DNA of 64,000 bases from an uncultured Bacteroidota bacterium (lineage in GTDB: Bacteria > Bacteroidota > Bacteroidia > Chitinophagales > LD1): positions 13,537-77,536 of the forward strand of contig CAIXGR010000007.1 of assembly GCA_903919075.1 (NCBI GenBank). The letters run 5' to 3'. The position numbers were made by a program, and so were the translations under genes. The stretch's first letter is position 1. Each line of letters starts with the position of its first letter. The notes below the pieces were generated by a model. The model worked only from the letters and a program-made list of their open reading frames with translations, ran no database searches and was not told the DNA's origin. This document shows, one piece after another, positions 18,067 to 28,081 of this stretch.

Positions 18067-19713
18067 TTATTGATTGACCCTAAAAAAGGCCCATCCGTTT
18101 TTTCGATATAACTCGGTAAGCTTAGGGCTTGCTGAAAGAAGTTCGTTTACCTTTGTGATTTTAGTTACTATATATTTAGTTTTTACCGAGTCTGAAGATG
18201 AAGGAATTTGCTTGGCTGCATAGAAATAATGAGCATAGCTTTTAAAACCTGCTGTTTCAACAATACAGTTTTCATCCTTTTTTGATGCAAGAAATTCTAT
18301 CAAGGATGCTTGGGAATATTTTTCAACCCTGGGCACAATAAATATCATAACGGTATTAATAAATAATGCGCTGCTAATGATAATAAGATATATACCCCAT
18401 TTTATGTTTTTCATTTGAACCATCAAAATTCCAATCATCATAAGCACTATATAGCCAACACCGAAGCGTATATCATTTGCACTCCAATACACCTGGGCAT
18501 TGAGGCATTCTTTTGCAAAATCATCTTTTATATGCAACATGGCGAATAAGTTTGGATGCTGCATGACAAATATGCCACCGGTTAGCGCTGTAACTATAAT
18601 AAGCCCAAGGGAGAATAAAGGAACAGTTTGCCTCCAGGTCCAGCGCATTTTATTGTCGAAAAGATAATTTAGGTAATAAGCAGCAAGGAAAGTGATTGGA
18701 AAATAGCAAAGGGAAGAATAGTGAACAATTTTTGTTCTTACAATTGAAAAAACGATTAGTACAACATATAGCAAATACAGCATCCACTTTTTAAATGCTA
18801 ATTGTTCACTGTCATCTAAATTATTTTTTCGGAATGAATCAACTATCAATGCTGATGCAGGAAATACCCCAAACAGCAATATGAGGAAGTGATAATAGAA
18901 TGGTCCCCCGTGTCCGGCGTCCTCAGTACTTAGCAGGCGGAATTGATATTTTATAAATTCGGCAATGAAGGTAAACCCGCTGTGCCGGTACTCCACACTT
19001 AACCACGCAATTACTATTGCAAAAATAATGGCCCACCAGCTTAGCATCTCGCCTATTTCAATTTTTAGTTTGCCTCTATTAATAATTAAATAAGTTACTG
19101 CCGTAAATACTATTAAAATAATTGCTACCGGGCCCTTAGTAAGCGTTGCCAGGCCGATAAAAAAGGCTGACAGAAATATGTTCCACCGCCTGCCACGCCT
19201 GCGTGATTTTGCATTTTCAAATTCATTGAATATGGTCAACTTGTACATGAAAAATATGCCTAGAAAAATACAAAGGTTAAAAACCGGATCAATGATGCCT
19301 GACTTGAAATATATGTGTGGCAAAATAGAACAAGCAAATAAGAGCGCCCATAAAATTCCTAATTGCGATTTAAAAACATTTCTGCCAACGTTAAAAACAA
19401 CCAACATGGTTATTACGCCACAGATTGCGTTGGGCAGGCGGGCAGCAAATTCGTTAACCCCCAAATAATTCATTGAAATTGCCTGTAGCCAAATAAACAG
19501 TGGGGGTTTTTCGTAAAAGGGCTGAAAGTTAATTTGAACCATTCGGTAGGAATGGGTGAGTAGCATCTCGCGTGCACTTTCGGCAAAATTAATTTCATCC
19601 CAATCGAACAGATGTACTTTGCCAAGGAATGGAATGAATAATAATGCACCTATTATTATAAGAAGCAGTTGTGTTGGAAATTGATGAATCTTTTTCAACA
19701 ACCTTTCAATCAT
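18067..19713 (-). CDS. GT-C fold membrane glycosyltransferase (ArnT / PMT_2, GT39/83-like)
   Basis: 548 aa with more than 10 TM segments. The first periplasmic loop carries FDWDEINFAESAREM (an acidic DE motif typical of ArnT/PMT enzymes). Its start overlaps the PAP2 stop by 4 nt. Confidence 0.75.
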   Translation of the reverse strand: MIERLLKKIHQFPTQLLLIIIGALLFIPFLGKVHLFDWDEINFAESAREMLLTHSYRMVQINFQPFYEKPPLFIWLQAISMNYLGVNEFAARLPNAICGVITMLVVFNVGRNVFKSQLGILWALLFACSILPHIYFKSGIIDPVFNLCIFLGIFFMYKLTIFNEFENAKSRRRGRRWNIFLSAFFIGLATLTKGPVAIILIVFTAVTYLIINRGKLKIEIGEMLSWWAIIFAIVIAWLSVEYRHSGFTFIAEFIKYQFRLLSTEDAGHGGPFYYHFLILLFGVFPASALIVDSFRKNNLDDSEQLAFKKWMLYLLYVVLIVFSIVRTKIVHYSSLCYFPITFLAAYYLNYLFDNKMRWTWRQTVPLFSLGLIIVTALTGGIFVMQHPNLFAMLHIKDDFAKECLNAQVYWSANDIRFGVGYIVLMMIGILMVQMKNIKWGIYLIIISSALFINTVMIFIVPRVEKYSQASLIEFLASKKDENCIVETAGFKSYAHYFYAAKQIPSSSDSVKTKYIVTKITKVNELLSASPKLTELYRKNGWAFFRVNQ

Positions 19714-20360
19714 TTTAGCAGCACTTTATCTTTCCAAGTAATGTTTTGGTAGTATTTTGACTGCACGAAGGTTAAGTAAAAACCGGTAGTAACAAGCATG
19801 CCGATTAGGGAGCCGAAATAAACATCGCGAAAAAAGTGCTGAAGCAAGTATACCCTTGAAACAGCTACAAGTAGCGCCATTATAAAAAATATAATGTTCC
19901 ACATTTTATTTTTCATAAGAATGCTGAGCATAAAAAATAAAGCAAAAGCTGCAGCAGCATGGCCAGATGGAAAGCTTTCCTTAGTTAAAGGTTCAACACC
20001 ATGCACAAAATTTAACTGTACATGTTTAGCTTCAAAAAACACAGCCGGACGTATTTGCGAAGCAAAAATGAATTTTTTAAGTATAGAGTTTGTTACTAAT
20101 GCCAGTCCTGCATTAACGGTTAATATCAGTCCCGTTCCATATCCAAACCGAATGGCTATGGCCAGAATGAGAACTAGCATAGGAAGTTCAGCTATTTGAG
20201 TTATTCTTTTGAAAAACTCATCAAAAAAAGGAGTGTGTAATGAGTTGAAATAGAGAATTTCATTACCGCGTTCCATATTAAAGAAAATAAAGCCGCCTGC
20301 GATGAAAAATACCAGGTATAACCCCAGGAATATTTTGCTTTGCTGAATTAGTTGTTTCAA
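19710..20360 (-). CDS. PAP2-family phosphatase (lipid A / undecaprenyl-PP phosphatase-like)
   Basis: PAP2 motifs PSGH (SFPSGHAAAAF) and SRVYLLQHFFRD (SR-x5-H-x3-D), with 6 TM segments. Confidence 0.85.
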   Translation of the reverse strand: MKQLIQQSKIFLGLYLVFFIAGGFIFFNMERGNEILYFNSLHTPFFDEFFKRITQIAELPMLVLILAIAIRFGYGTGLILTVNAGLALVTNSILKKFIFASQIRPAVFFEAKHVQLNFVHGVEPLTKESFPSGHAAAAFALFFMLSILMKNKMWNIIFFIMALLVAVSRVYLLQHFFRDVYFGSLIGMLVTTGFYLTFVQSKYYQNITWKDKVLLK

Positions 20361-21808
20361 AGTGATTGTGTTTTTGATGGGAAAATATAACGAATAATAT
20401 TACGATAATAATCTGTGCTATACATTTTTGAATCGTTGGCAGCCTTTAATGTAAGGAAAAGACCAATAGGCAATAATACAAAGGTTGAAAGCCACATGCC
20501 ACTAAAAGCGGTAAGAACATTATTTTGAGCCAGCTTTTCGCCTATTATGGAGGCTACATGGTAAATAATGAAAAAAACTACGCAATAAAATAAGGGCCAC
20601 CCCAATCCCCCTTTACGGATAATTGAACCTAGCGGTGCGCCGATAAAGAATAATACCAAGCAAGCTATTGAAAGCGTAAATTTTCTGTATACCTCAATCA
20701 TGTGTGTAACGTAGTCATGGTGTTTATAGTCCAACTGGCGTGCCGTAACATCTGTATAGTTCTTAATGTTCCTAGCGTTATTCATTGCTATTTCCATAAT
20801 TTGCACCCGCTTGGGTTTTTCATAATCATTCAGTATGTCAACTATGTTTTTGAATGGTATGGGTGTAATATTAGAAGTGGTTTTTAAAGTATCAAAATTA
20901 TATTTCTTCATATTAAAATATGGAACCTCATAAGTTAGCATTGTTTTCACAAGGTTCTTTTCTTCAATATGTATAGTATCAATTTCGCCAAAAAGCTGGT
21001 GCAAATTGAGCATTTGTTTCAAATCTTTAAAGAAATTTTCATCAGTCTTGCCCAATATAAATTGCGACAAGTCGAATCTTTTTTCCCAAGAGCCAAAAGA
21101 TGTGCTTACCATTTCATAAGGATTTTCTTTTGTTTCATTCTGATCTTTTGCATCAACCTCTCTGTATTGTCTGCCGTTTTCGAGCCTTAGGGTAAGTGCC
21201 CTGGCATCATCATCTTGTGTCATGCTGCCTTTGGCTGCTGTAATCACATGGTCGTTGCCATGGCCACTGGTATGGTCGTATACCATGATGTTGTAAAGGG
21301 TATTGGTCTTATTATCTTTTTCAGCGGCTTTAATAAAATAGCCATCTAACCCGCTATAAAAAATACCGGGTTTAAGCGCTACCATTGGTTTTTGATGGCG
21401 TATATCATATAGCAGCGTACTAAATTTTAAATTAGCAAGCGGCAAAAGGTTATTTGAAAAGAAAAAGGCAAATAAACTGATACCGGTAACCACAATTATA
21501 AGCGGAAGCATAAAGCGCAAAAGGGAAACTCCTGCAGATTTTAAAGCAGTGAGTTCAAAGTGCTCGCCAAAAGCACCGTAAGTCATGATTGAGGATAGAA
21601 GAACTGCAAGAGGGAGTGCTAAAGGTACCAACCGGGCTGAGGCATAAGCAAGCAATTGAAACAATACCCAAAGGTCGAGCCCTTTGCCTACAAGGTCGTC
21701 AACGTAGGTCCATAAAAATTGCATTACCAGTACAAATTGAGCTATGCAAAATGTTAGGATGAATGGCCCTATGAAGCTTTTAATAACTAACCAGTCTAAT
21801 TTTTTCAT
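20357..21808 (-). CDS. LptF/LptG-family LPS export permease
   Basis: The start is set at the internal Met (MKKLDWLVIKSFIGPFILTF, a typical YjgP/YjgQ N-terminus). It has a periplasmic beta-jellyroll insert and C-terminal TM helices. Confidence 0.8.
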   Translation of the reverse strand: MKKLDWLVIKSFIGPFILTFCIAQFVLVMQFLWTYVDDLVGKGLDLWVLFQLLAYASARLVPLALPLAVLLSSIMTYGAFGEHFELTALKSAGVSLLRFMLPLIIVVTGISLFAFFFSNNLLPLANLKFSTLLYDIRHQKPMVALKPGIFYSGLDGYFIKAAEKDNKTNTLYNIMVYDHTSGHGNDHVITAAKGSMTQDDDARALTLRLENGRQYREVDAKDQNETKENPYEMVSTSFGSWEKRFDLSQFILGKTDENFFKDLKQMLNLHQLFGEIDTIHIEEKNLVKTMLTYEVPYFNMKKYNFDTLKTTSNITPIPFKNIVDILNDYEKPKRVQIMEIAMNNARNIKNYTDVTARQLDYKHHDYVTHMIEVYRKFTLSIACLVLFFIGAPLGSIIRKGGLGWPLFYCVVFFIIYHVASIIGEKLAQNNVLTAFSGMWLSTFVLLPIGLFLTLKAANDSKMYSTDYYRNIIRYIFPSKTQSL

Positions 21809-21889
21809 TGCTGACAGTCGGTAAATATACAAGAATCTGGGCTATTGATTAAGTAACTAATTAGGTAAAATGCCTTCTTAAACGTTGGA

Positions 21890-23518
21890 TTAGAATGAAA
21901 ATTTTCCTCCAATCATACCATTAATGCCATAGGTTTGATAATGATACCAAGGCGGGTACTTAATATTGGCAATATTGTTAAGGGAAATGAAGAAAGAAAG
22001 GTGCTTATTGAAAAGATATTCAACCGCCAGGTTAGCATCAATAGTACCGCTTAGTTTTTTTACTGTATTCTCCGGTAAAAGAGCATATGAAGAAGTAACA
22101 CCATAAATATCTGCCGTTGCGCTGATTTTATTTTTCCAAATATACTTGGTGCGGAAGGTTAATGTAAAATTGGGGTCATGCCATGCGTAAAGATTGTTTT
22201 TAAGTTGATAGCCATTGTAATCGCCAATCACTAAAAATCTCAACCATTCGCGTACATTATAACCCGCCTCAAAATGAAAATTATAAATTAATGTATTTGA
22301 ATCGTATACAACGTTGAAATGTTTCATATCCATTGAATCGTTAACGAACAGGGGCAGGTTGTTTATTTGATTTAAATGAAATGCAACGTTGTATGAGAAG
22401 TTTTGAACTGTTCCTTTTAATCCCACACCGAAATCGCCGGTAACTGAGTTTTTAATAGATACCGAATTTTGAATAAAATTATTGTTATAAGCATACGAAC
22501 TCAGAGAGTTTTTCTGGTCGTAGCGCAGGTACGAAAGGTAGGCTATAAGTGCATGTTCATACAACCTTTTTTCAATATGCAGGTTGGTTACAAAGAATAC
22601 TTTACTGCCATCAATTGTAAGCCCAAATTTGGCATGAGCTCTCCAATCGTCATTATTGAAGGCATAGCCAACCATAGGCGTAAATAGATTTCTTTGTAGA
22701 GTAGGTGAATCGCCTTTGGATTTTAATTCCGACACATCAAAATTAAAAGAGGCTGTTATAGTATGATATTCTGCAATTGTTTTTTGAAAGTTTGTGGTAC
22801 CGGCCATATACCATTCATGAGCATGGCCAAAGGTTTCCTGGAAATAATCAAAGTTGAGAGTTTGGCCAAAGTCAATATTGGCCTTGTTTTTTTGAGCATT
22901 TTTCAGATATACAGAGGCATAGTAATTTCGTAATTGTTGGCGTACTTGTTTTTCGGAGTATAAACTATCGGTGCCGTAAAAATGGGTAAGATAATTGTGG
23001 AAAGTAAAATCAGCTCCTATCTCTAATTTTTCAGGGAAGAATTTTACATAAGCACCCGCAAGGTCATTGCTAAAACTTTGGTTTTTTACCTTGAAAGGTT
23101 GAGCCGATAAATGGTCGTAAGAAAATCCGAATTTCAGATTTTGCGTTTTGTTATCGTTATAAGCCAGCTGAATTAACGGCATTATCTGGCTTCCAAAACC
23201 CACCTTTATGAAAGATGAATTATAATGCTCCAGTTTTTCTTTACTAATAGAAAGCGGCCTTGCCGGGTTAGGTTCGAAAGAAACATCTTTAAAATCTTTT
23301 TGAGGAATTGAATAATCAAGTTTAGGTTTTGTTTCTTCAACTTCAGGTATATCGGGCTGTATATTTATTTTTTGTGCGTCCTGTATTGTGGCTTCGTATT
23401 CTTTAACCACAATTACTTCTTCATTACCAATACCATTTCCATTTTTTTGGGCAAAGCAATTCGTACTGATAAAACCTATCAGTAATGCAGCAATTATTTT
23501 TTTATAGCCTGCTTTCAT
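21890..23518 (-). CDS. Hypothetical outer-membrane beta-barrel protein
   Basis: Signal peptide (ALLIGFISTNCFAQ), Y/F/N-rich beta pattern, and a C-terminal ...GGKFSF. It lies 4 bp downstream of the TPR gene. Confidence 0.5.
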   Translation of the reverse strand: MKAGYKKIIAALLIGFISTNCFAQKNGNGIGNEEVIVVKEYEATIQDAQKINIQPDIPEVEETKPKLDYSIPQKDFKDVSFEPNPARPLSISKEKLEHYNSSFIKVGFGSQIMPLIQLAYNDNKTQNLKFGFSYDHLSAQPFKVKNQSFSNDLAGAYVKFFPEKLEIGADFTFHNYLTHFYGTDSLYSEKQVRQQLRNYYASVYLKNAQKNKANIDFGQTLNFDYFQETFGHAHEWYMAGTTNFQKTIAEYHTITASFNFDVSELKSKGDSPTLQRNLFTPMVGYAFNNDDWRAHAKFGLTIDGSKVFFVTNLHIEKRLYEHALIAYLSYLRYDQKNSLSSYAYNNNFIQNSVSIKNSVTGDFGVGLKGTVQNFSYNVAFHLNQINNLPLFVNDSMDMKHFNVVYDSNTLIYNFHFEAGYNVREWLRFLVIGDYNGYQLKNNLYAWHDPNFTLTFRTKYIWKNKISATADIYGVTSSYALLPENTVKKLSGTIDANLAVEYLFNKHLSFFISLNNIANIKYPPWYHYQTYGINGMIGGKFSF

Positions 23519-23522
23519 TTTT

Positions 23523-26500
23523 TTAATGGTTTAATGAATCAATTTCCATTTGCAAAGTATCGCTTGGTGTTATTGGCATTATCTTCGACTTGTTCAATTC
23601 TTCAGTTCTTATTTTTTCGAGTTTTGTTCTGGCTTCATCCAATACGGCTTTATCGCCTTCGTAGTTACCTACGATACTTTCTAAAGTAGCCTTGGCTTGG
23701 AACGAATTGCCTTGTGCGAAATAATTATCGGCCATTAAAATAAATGTTTTCGCTATCCAGTATTCGTAACTCGAATACCTGTCTTTTATTACAAAGCAAG
23801 TATCCATTGAGTTTTTATATTGTTGTTGCTCGTGCAAAATTTTAGCCACCATATATTTAGCCTCAACAGCTTTTTCGCTTATCGGCAACTCTGTAACATG
23901 GTTGAATGCGCCGAGTGAAAAATCTTTATTGCCTTGTGAGTATAGCGATTTCCCTTTTTCGTAATATGCTTCCTGTCTGTCTTCATCTTTAGCTACTCCT
24001 GAATTTAGTAATTGGTCAGCATACTCAAGTATTTCTTCTTTGTTATCTAATTTTACTGCTGTGCGGAACAATCCTAGCATTGAGGTGTAAGTGTTTTGCG
24101 CTGTAGTGCTGGAGATATATAATTGCTTGTAAAATGCATTTGCTTTTGTGTAATCCTTCAGTTCGAAAAATGCGATGCCGGATGCCTTAAGTAAGGCTTT
24201 TTCGTAATACCTACCGTATTTGTTTTGTATAAGGGCTTCAAAGTCGACTAGGGCAGGAGAGAAGTCTTTAGTTTTTAAGTTACATTCGGCTTTATTCCAA
24301 TGCGCATCATTATTGAAGATACCATTGGGGAATTTGCTAAGATAGATTTCATACAAAGACACTGCGCGGTTGCAATCATTGTTACTATATGCGTTATCGG
24401 CACTTTGGTAAGTAAGTGAATCTTGTTCAGAAGAGCTGATTTTTATATCGGAGTGATTTTTTACGAAATCGAAATATGAATCTGCCTTACCAATTTCCAC
24501 ATAAATTTCTTTCAGCGCATCAAGTGATTCTTTCGCTTCTTTAGATTTAGGAAATTTAGTTACAACACTTTTGTAATCTTCAATAGCTAATTCTTTTTTA
24601 CCAAGGTTGTAATCTATAACTGCAGTTTTTACGTAACATTTTGGCAGCAGCGCGCTATTGGGGTATTTACTAATAATAGACTGATAAGCTGTTAGAGCAG
24701 CGGAATTATTGCCAATAGCGAGGTAAGTTTCACCTATTTCGTAATAAGCTTGGTCGGCATAAGTAGAACCGGGAAACTGACTGAGCAAATAGTTTAAAGC
24801 ATCGATTTTGTCTTCGCTTTTATCTTGCAGGCCAAGAATAATTGCCTTTCTGTATTGCGCATAATCGGCACCGGCCCATTTGGCGGCTACAATTTTTTCG
24901 TAACCTTCAACTGCTTTTTTATAATTCTTGGTAACAAATTCACAATCGGCATAACGTGAATATAAATCGGGCATTAAAGTTTTCTTGCCTTTTGAATCAT
25001 TTGTGTTTTCTGACTCAATTAGTGCCATGTTGAAATACATAGCTGCATCGGAATAGTTTTTCTTTTTAAAATAGCAGTAACCAATATTATAATTGGCTCT
25101 AAACTTTGATGCTTCACCTTTTTGTGCAAGTGCTTCTGTTGCTAACTGCGCGAATTGCTGATAATTTGGTAACGCATCGTCATAACTACCTCGGTTATAT
25201 AAAATTTCAGCTTTAAGATATAATGCCAGTGCCTGTAAATCGATATTAAAAGGGTTTTTTAAAGATTTATCGCACAGAGAAAGGGCCTCATCGAATTTCT
25301 TGTCGTTATATAATTCAACCGCTCTGAAATAAGTTACTTTTTGGTAAGCCTGTTGAATTAATGGGCTATTGCTTTTCAGCGTTTCCATAATGTGATATGC
25401 ACGGTCGTAATTTTTTGTTTGCACTAATGCAGCGGCAAGTAATTCGTTAGTTTCATCAGCATAACTTCCACTTGGATATTTTTGCAAGTAGGTTTCAAAG
25501 CTTTGAATGGCATCGGTGCTGTATCCTAACTCGAATGATAGTTTACCGTAATTGAAAAGTGCATTTTCTTTAATAGCCCCATCGTAATCTTTACTTGCAG
25601 CACTTTGAAAGGCGCTGCGTGCTTTATCTTTCTGGTTTAATTTTAAATAGCAATCGGCTAAAGCGTAGGTGGCGTTTTGGCCCAGTTGTTCATCCAGTAA
25701 ATTTAGTTGCTTGAAATTATCAATTGCTTTAATGTAAGCACCGGTTTTATATTGGCAGTAGGCAAGTTGGTATATGTTATCTTTAGTTGTTTTATTTGAT
25801 TTTGCCATGTAGGTTTCAAGCAATGGCAGCGCTTTCTCGTATTCGCTTTGCTGAAAGTATGCCTGGCCAAGTAACAGCTTCATATCATCTTTATAAAGCA
25901 CATCGTTTCTTTCAATGTTTTTATTGATGTATGGAATCAGCTGTTCGTAATCTTTTTTGAAATAGTATATCTGTGCTATGTAGTAAGGCGCAACTGAAGA
26001 ATACATTTTCGATTCTTCGGCCAGCATAAATCCTTTTAAAGCTGCGTTATAATCTTTATTATAAAAACTGATAAACGAATAGTAGTAATTGGCCGGATAA
26101 TAATATTTAGCTTTTATTTCTTTTACTGAAGCAAACAAAGGTTTAGCCTCTGTAAATTTTTTCTTTGTGAAATAGGAATATCCCAACTGGAATTTGTAGT
26201 CATATACCTGGTCGTTATTTAAATCAAGAACATTGACTTTTGAAAGATAGGTTATGGCATCGGAGTAGTTGCCGGCTTGGTAATAATATTTGCCTAAGTA
26301 AAAATTAATAAGGCGACGCTTATCGGTTTCGTGATATTTTTTGTAGTAGTTAACTAATAGCTGCTCGGCATCTTTATCGTTTACCTCGGTAGCGCAAACT
26401 GCAATGTAATATTCCAGGTTCTGCAATAATACTTCATCGGTATGTGTGGTGGGGGTGGAGGGCTGATTATATATCTCCTCAAATTTTTGGCGTGCAGACA

Positions 26501-26636
26501 TGTAATTCTTTTCATCAAATAACTCCATACCTTTTGTGTAGGCGCTTTCCTTATCTACATAGAAAAGCGTTTGCTGGGCATTAGCTGCCAGCACGAATGA
26601 AAATGCCGATATGAATACGAGAATTTTGCCGGACAA
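23523..26636 (-). CDS. Large tetratricopeptide-repeat (TPR) protein, periplasmic
   Basis: 1037 aa with a signal peptide. The A/Y/L TPR consensus recurs throughout (e.g. YYEIGETYLAIGNNSAALTAYQSIISKYPNS). Confidence 0.8.
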   Translation of the reverse strand: MSGKILVFISAFSFVLAANAQQTLFYVDKESAYTKGMELFDEKNYMSARQKFEEIYNQPSTPTTHTDEVLLQNLEYYIAVCATEVNDKDAEQLLVNYYKKYHETDKRRLINFYLGKYYYQAGNYSDAITYLSKVNVLDLNNDQVYDYKFQLGYSYFTKKKFTEAKPLFASVKEIKAKYYYPANYYYSFISFYNKDYNAALKGFMLAEESKMYSSVAPYYIAQIYYFKKDYEQLIPYINKNIERNDVLYKDDMKLLLGQAYFQQSEYEKALPLLETYMAKSNKTTKDNIYQLAYCQYKTGAYIKAIDNFKQLNLLDEQLGQNATYALADCYLKLNQKDKARSAFQSAASKDYDGAIKENALFNYGKLSFELGYSTDAIQSFETYLQKYPSGSYADETNELLAAALVQTKNYDRAYHIMETLKSNSPLIQQAYQKVTYFRAVELYNDKKFDEALSLCDKSLKNPFNIDLQALALYLKAEILYNRGSYDDALPNYQQFAQLATEALAQKGEASKFRANYNIGYCYFKKKNYSDAAMYFNMALIESENTNDSKGKKTLMPDLYSRYADCEFVTKNYKKAVEGYEKIVAAKWAGADYAQYRKAIILGLQDKSEDKIDALNYLLSQFPGSTYADQAYYEIGETYLAIGNNSAALTAYQSIISKYPNSALLPKCYVKTAVIDYNLGKKELAIEDYKSVVTKFPKSKEAKESLDALKEIYVEIGKADSYFDFVKNHSDIKISSSEQDSLTYQSADNAYSNNDCNRAVSLYEIYLSKFPNGIFNNDAHWNKAECNLKTKDFSPALVDFEALIQNKYGRYYEKALLKASGIAFFELKDYTKANAFYKQLYISSTTAQNTYTSMLGLFRTAVKLDNKEEILEYADQLLNSGVAKDEDRQEAYYEKGKSLYSQGNKDFSLGAFNHVTELPISEKAVEAKYMVAKILHEQQQYKNSMDTCFVIKDRYSSYEYWIAKTFILMADNYFAQGNSFQAKATLESIVGNYEGDKAVLDEARTKLEKIRTEELNKSKIMPITPSDTLQMEIDSLNH

Positions 26637-26883
26637 AACCAGATGATTTATCTATTAACGCAACAAAGTTATTTTTTAGTATGGTGAGGGGGATAACCTA
26701 CAGGTAATCAATTTGCACTTTGTGGGTTGGGGTGTCTATATAATAAAGCACCAACCATAGGGGTAAAGCGGTTAAGTCGCCAGTTGAAGTATAACTTTCT
26801 TGAGTGCTGGTGCCAAAATAACAATTTTGCAGGCTCCGTAATTGCTGCTGTAAGGGATGATTTTAATTCTTAAAGGCCCCAAA

Positions 26884-26914
26884 TAAAAAAAGCACCCCGT
26901 CTTTTACGAGATGC
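26884..26914 (-). terminator. Rho-independent terminator (minus strand)
   Basis: On the minus strand, GCAUCUCG / CGGGGUGC (8 bp including two G-U pairs) is followed by UUUUUUU, about 25 nt after the stop at 26941. Confidence 0.6.
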
Positions 26915-26940
26915 TTTTAATAGTAAGTTTAAAGTTGGTT

Positions 26941-27819
26941 TTATTTTATTACTGCAACCATTTTGTTTACAGTGCTATTTTCGGTTTTTATTGCAAGTAT
27001 GTAATTTCCTTTAGCTACTGATGAAAGATCTAATCTTGTTTCGGCAGCTTCGGTTTTTGTATGGATAACTGTTTGCCCAAGTGCGTTAATCAAGGTAAGG
27101 TCGGCGCTGGTAGCTGTTTCAAGTCTTACATTTACGGAATTGGTTGTAGGGTTAGGATAAGTTGTAACATTATCAGCGGTTAATTCGGGCTGAGTTGAAT
27201 TATCAGGTGCAATCATTTCCATTTTTGTTTCGCCATTGCTATCGCTTGAAGCGTTAGCGTGGGTGCTATGTGTGTTGCCATTAAAATGATTATTGTGTTG
27301 TGCTTGTGAAGGTTGCTGAACATGTGCTGTAGCGGTAGATTGACAACCAAAGGCATCGGTAACAGTTACAGTGTAGAAGCCGGCTATAAGGCCACAAGGG
27401 CTTTCAATATTTGCGTTGTTGCTCCAGTGATATGAGTAATCAGGAGTGCCACCGTATAAATTTAAAGTTATGCAACCATCGCTACCACCATGGGCCGATA
27501 CGTTTTGAATAACAGTTGAAAGATGTATACCGGTTGGCTCAGCAAGCTTAAGGCCATATACGGCAACGTGGCTATTGGCATCAGTAACTGTAACTGAGTA
27601 ATTTCCTGCGATCAAGCCTGTTGGGTTTGGAATTGCTGGTACAGAATTGTTCCATTGGTAAGTATAAGGAGCTGTTCCTCCCGTTACCACTAATGTTATA
27701 CTTCCGTTGTTTCCTCCATTGCATGATGGAGAATTTACTATAGGTTTGATTCCGATAGAAGTTCCGGCGGAAGCGTTTAAACCAGCAAAGGCCAGTGCGA
27801 TTAGTATAAGCTTTTTCAT
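26941..27819 (-). CDS. SprB-repeat protein with T9SS type A C-terminal sorting domain
   Basis: Two SprB-type repeats (CNGGNNGSITLVVTGGTAPYTYQWNN...GNYSVTVTDANS; ..GCITLNLYGGTPDYSYHWSN..GFYTVTVTDAFGC) plus a C-terminal TTYPNPTTNSVNVRL...GNYILAIKTENSTVNKMVAVIK. Confidence 0.8.
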   Translation of the reverse strand: MKKLILIALAFAGLNASAGTSIGIKPIVNSPSCNGGNNGSITLVVTGGTAPYTYQWNNSVPAIPNPTGLIAGNYSVTVTDANSHVAVYGLKLAEPTGIHLSTVIQNVSAHGGSDGCITLNLYGGTPDYSYHWSNNANIESPCGLIAGFYTVTVTDAFGCQSTATAHVQQPSQAQHNNHFNGNTHSTHANASSDSNGETKMEMIAPDNSTQPELTADNVTTYPNPTTNSVNVRLETATSADLTLINALGQTVIHTKTEAAETRLDLSSVAKGNYILAIKTENSTVNKMVAVIK

Positions 27820-28081
27820 TTTAAAGGTTTTTATTTTTTTTAATAGCAGGCTCTTTTTTTTTACCTGCTTTCCTTAATGGAATACCTTCTTATACTGAAT
27901 GAGCTGGAAAAAAGATTCACTTTTTCTATTCTTTTTTTAATGTCCCTTACAAACCGGGTTTTGTTTGCTGTTATACCTCTAATTACAAAGCACTTAGGTA
28001 GTGCCATAGGTATTAACTATAGAAGAATTGTGACTTACTACTTATAGCTTGTAGTGCAACAAAATGTATTTGACGGTGGTT

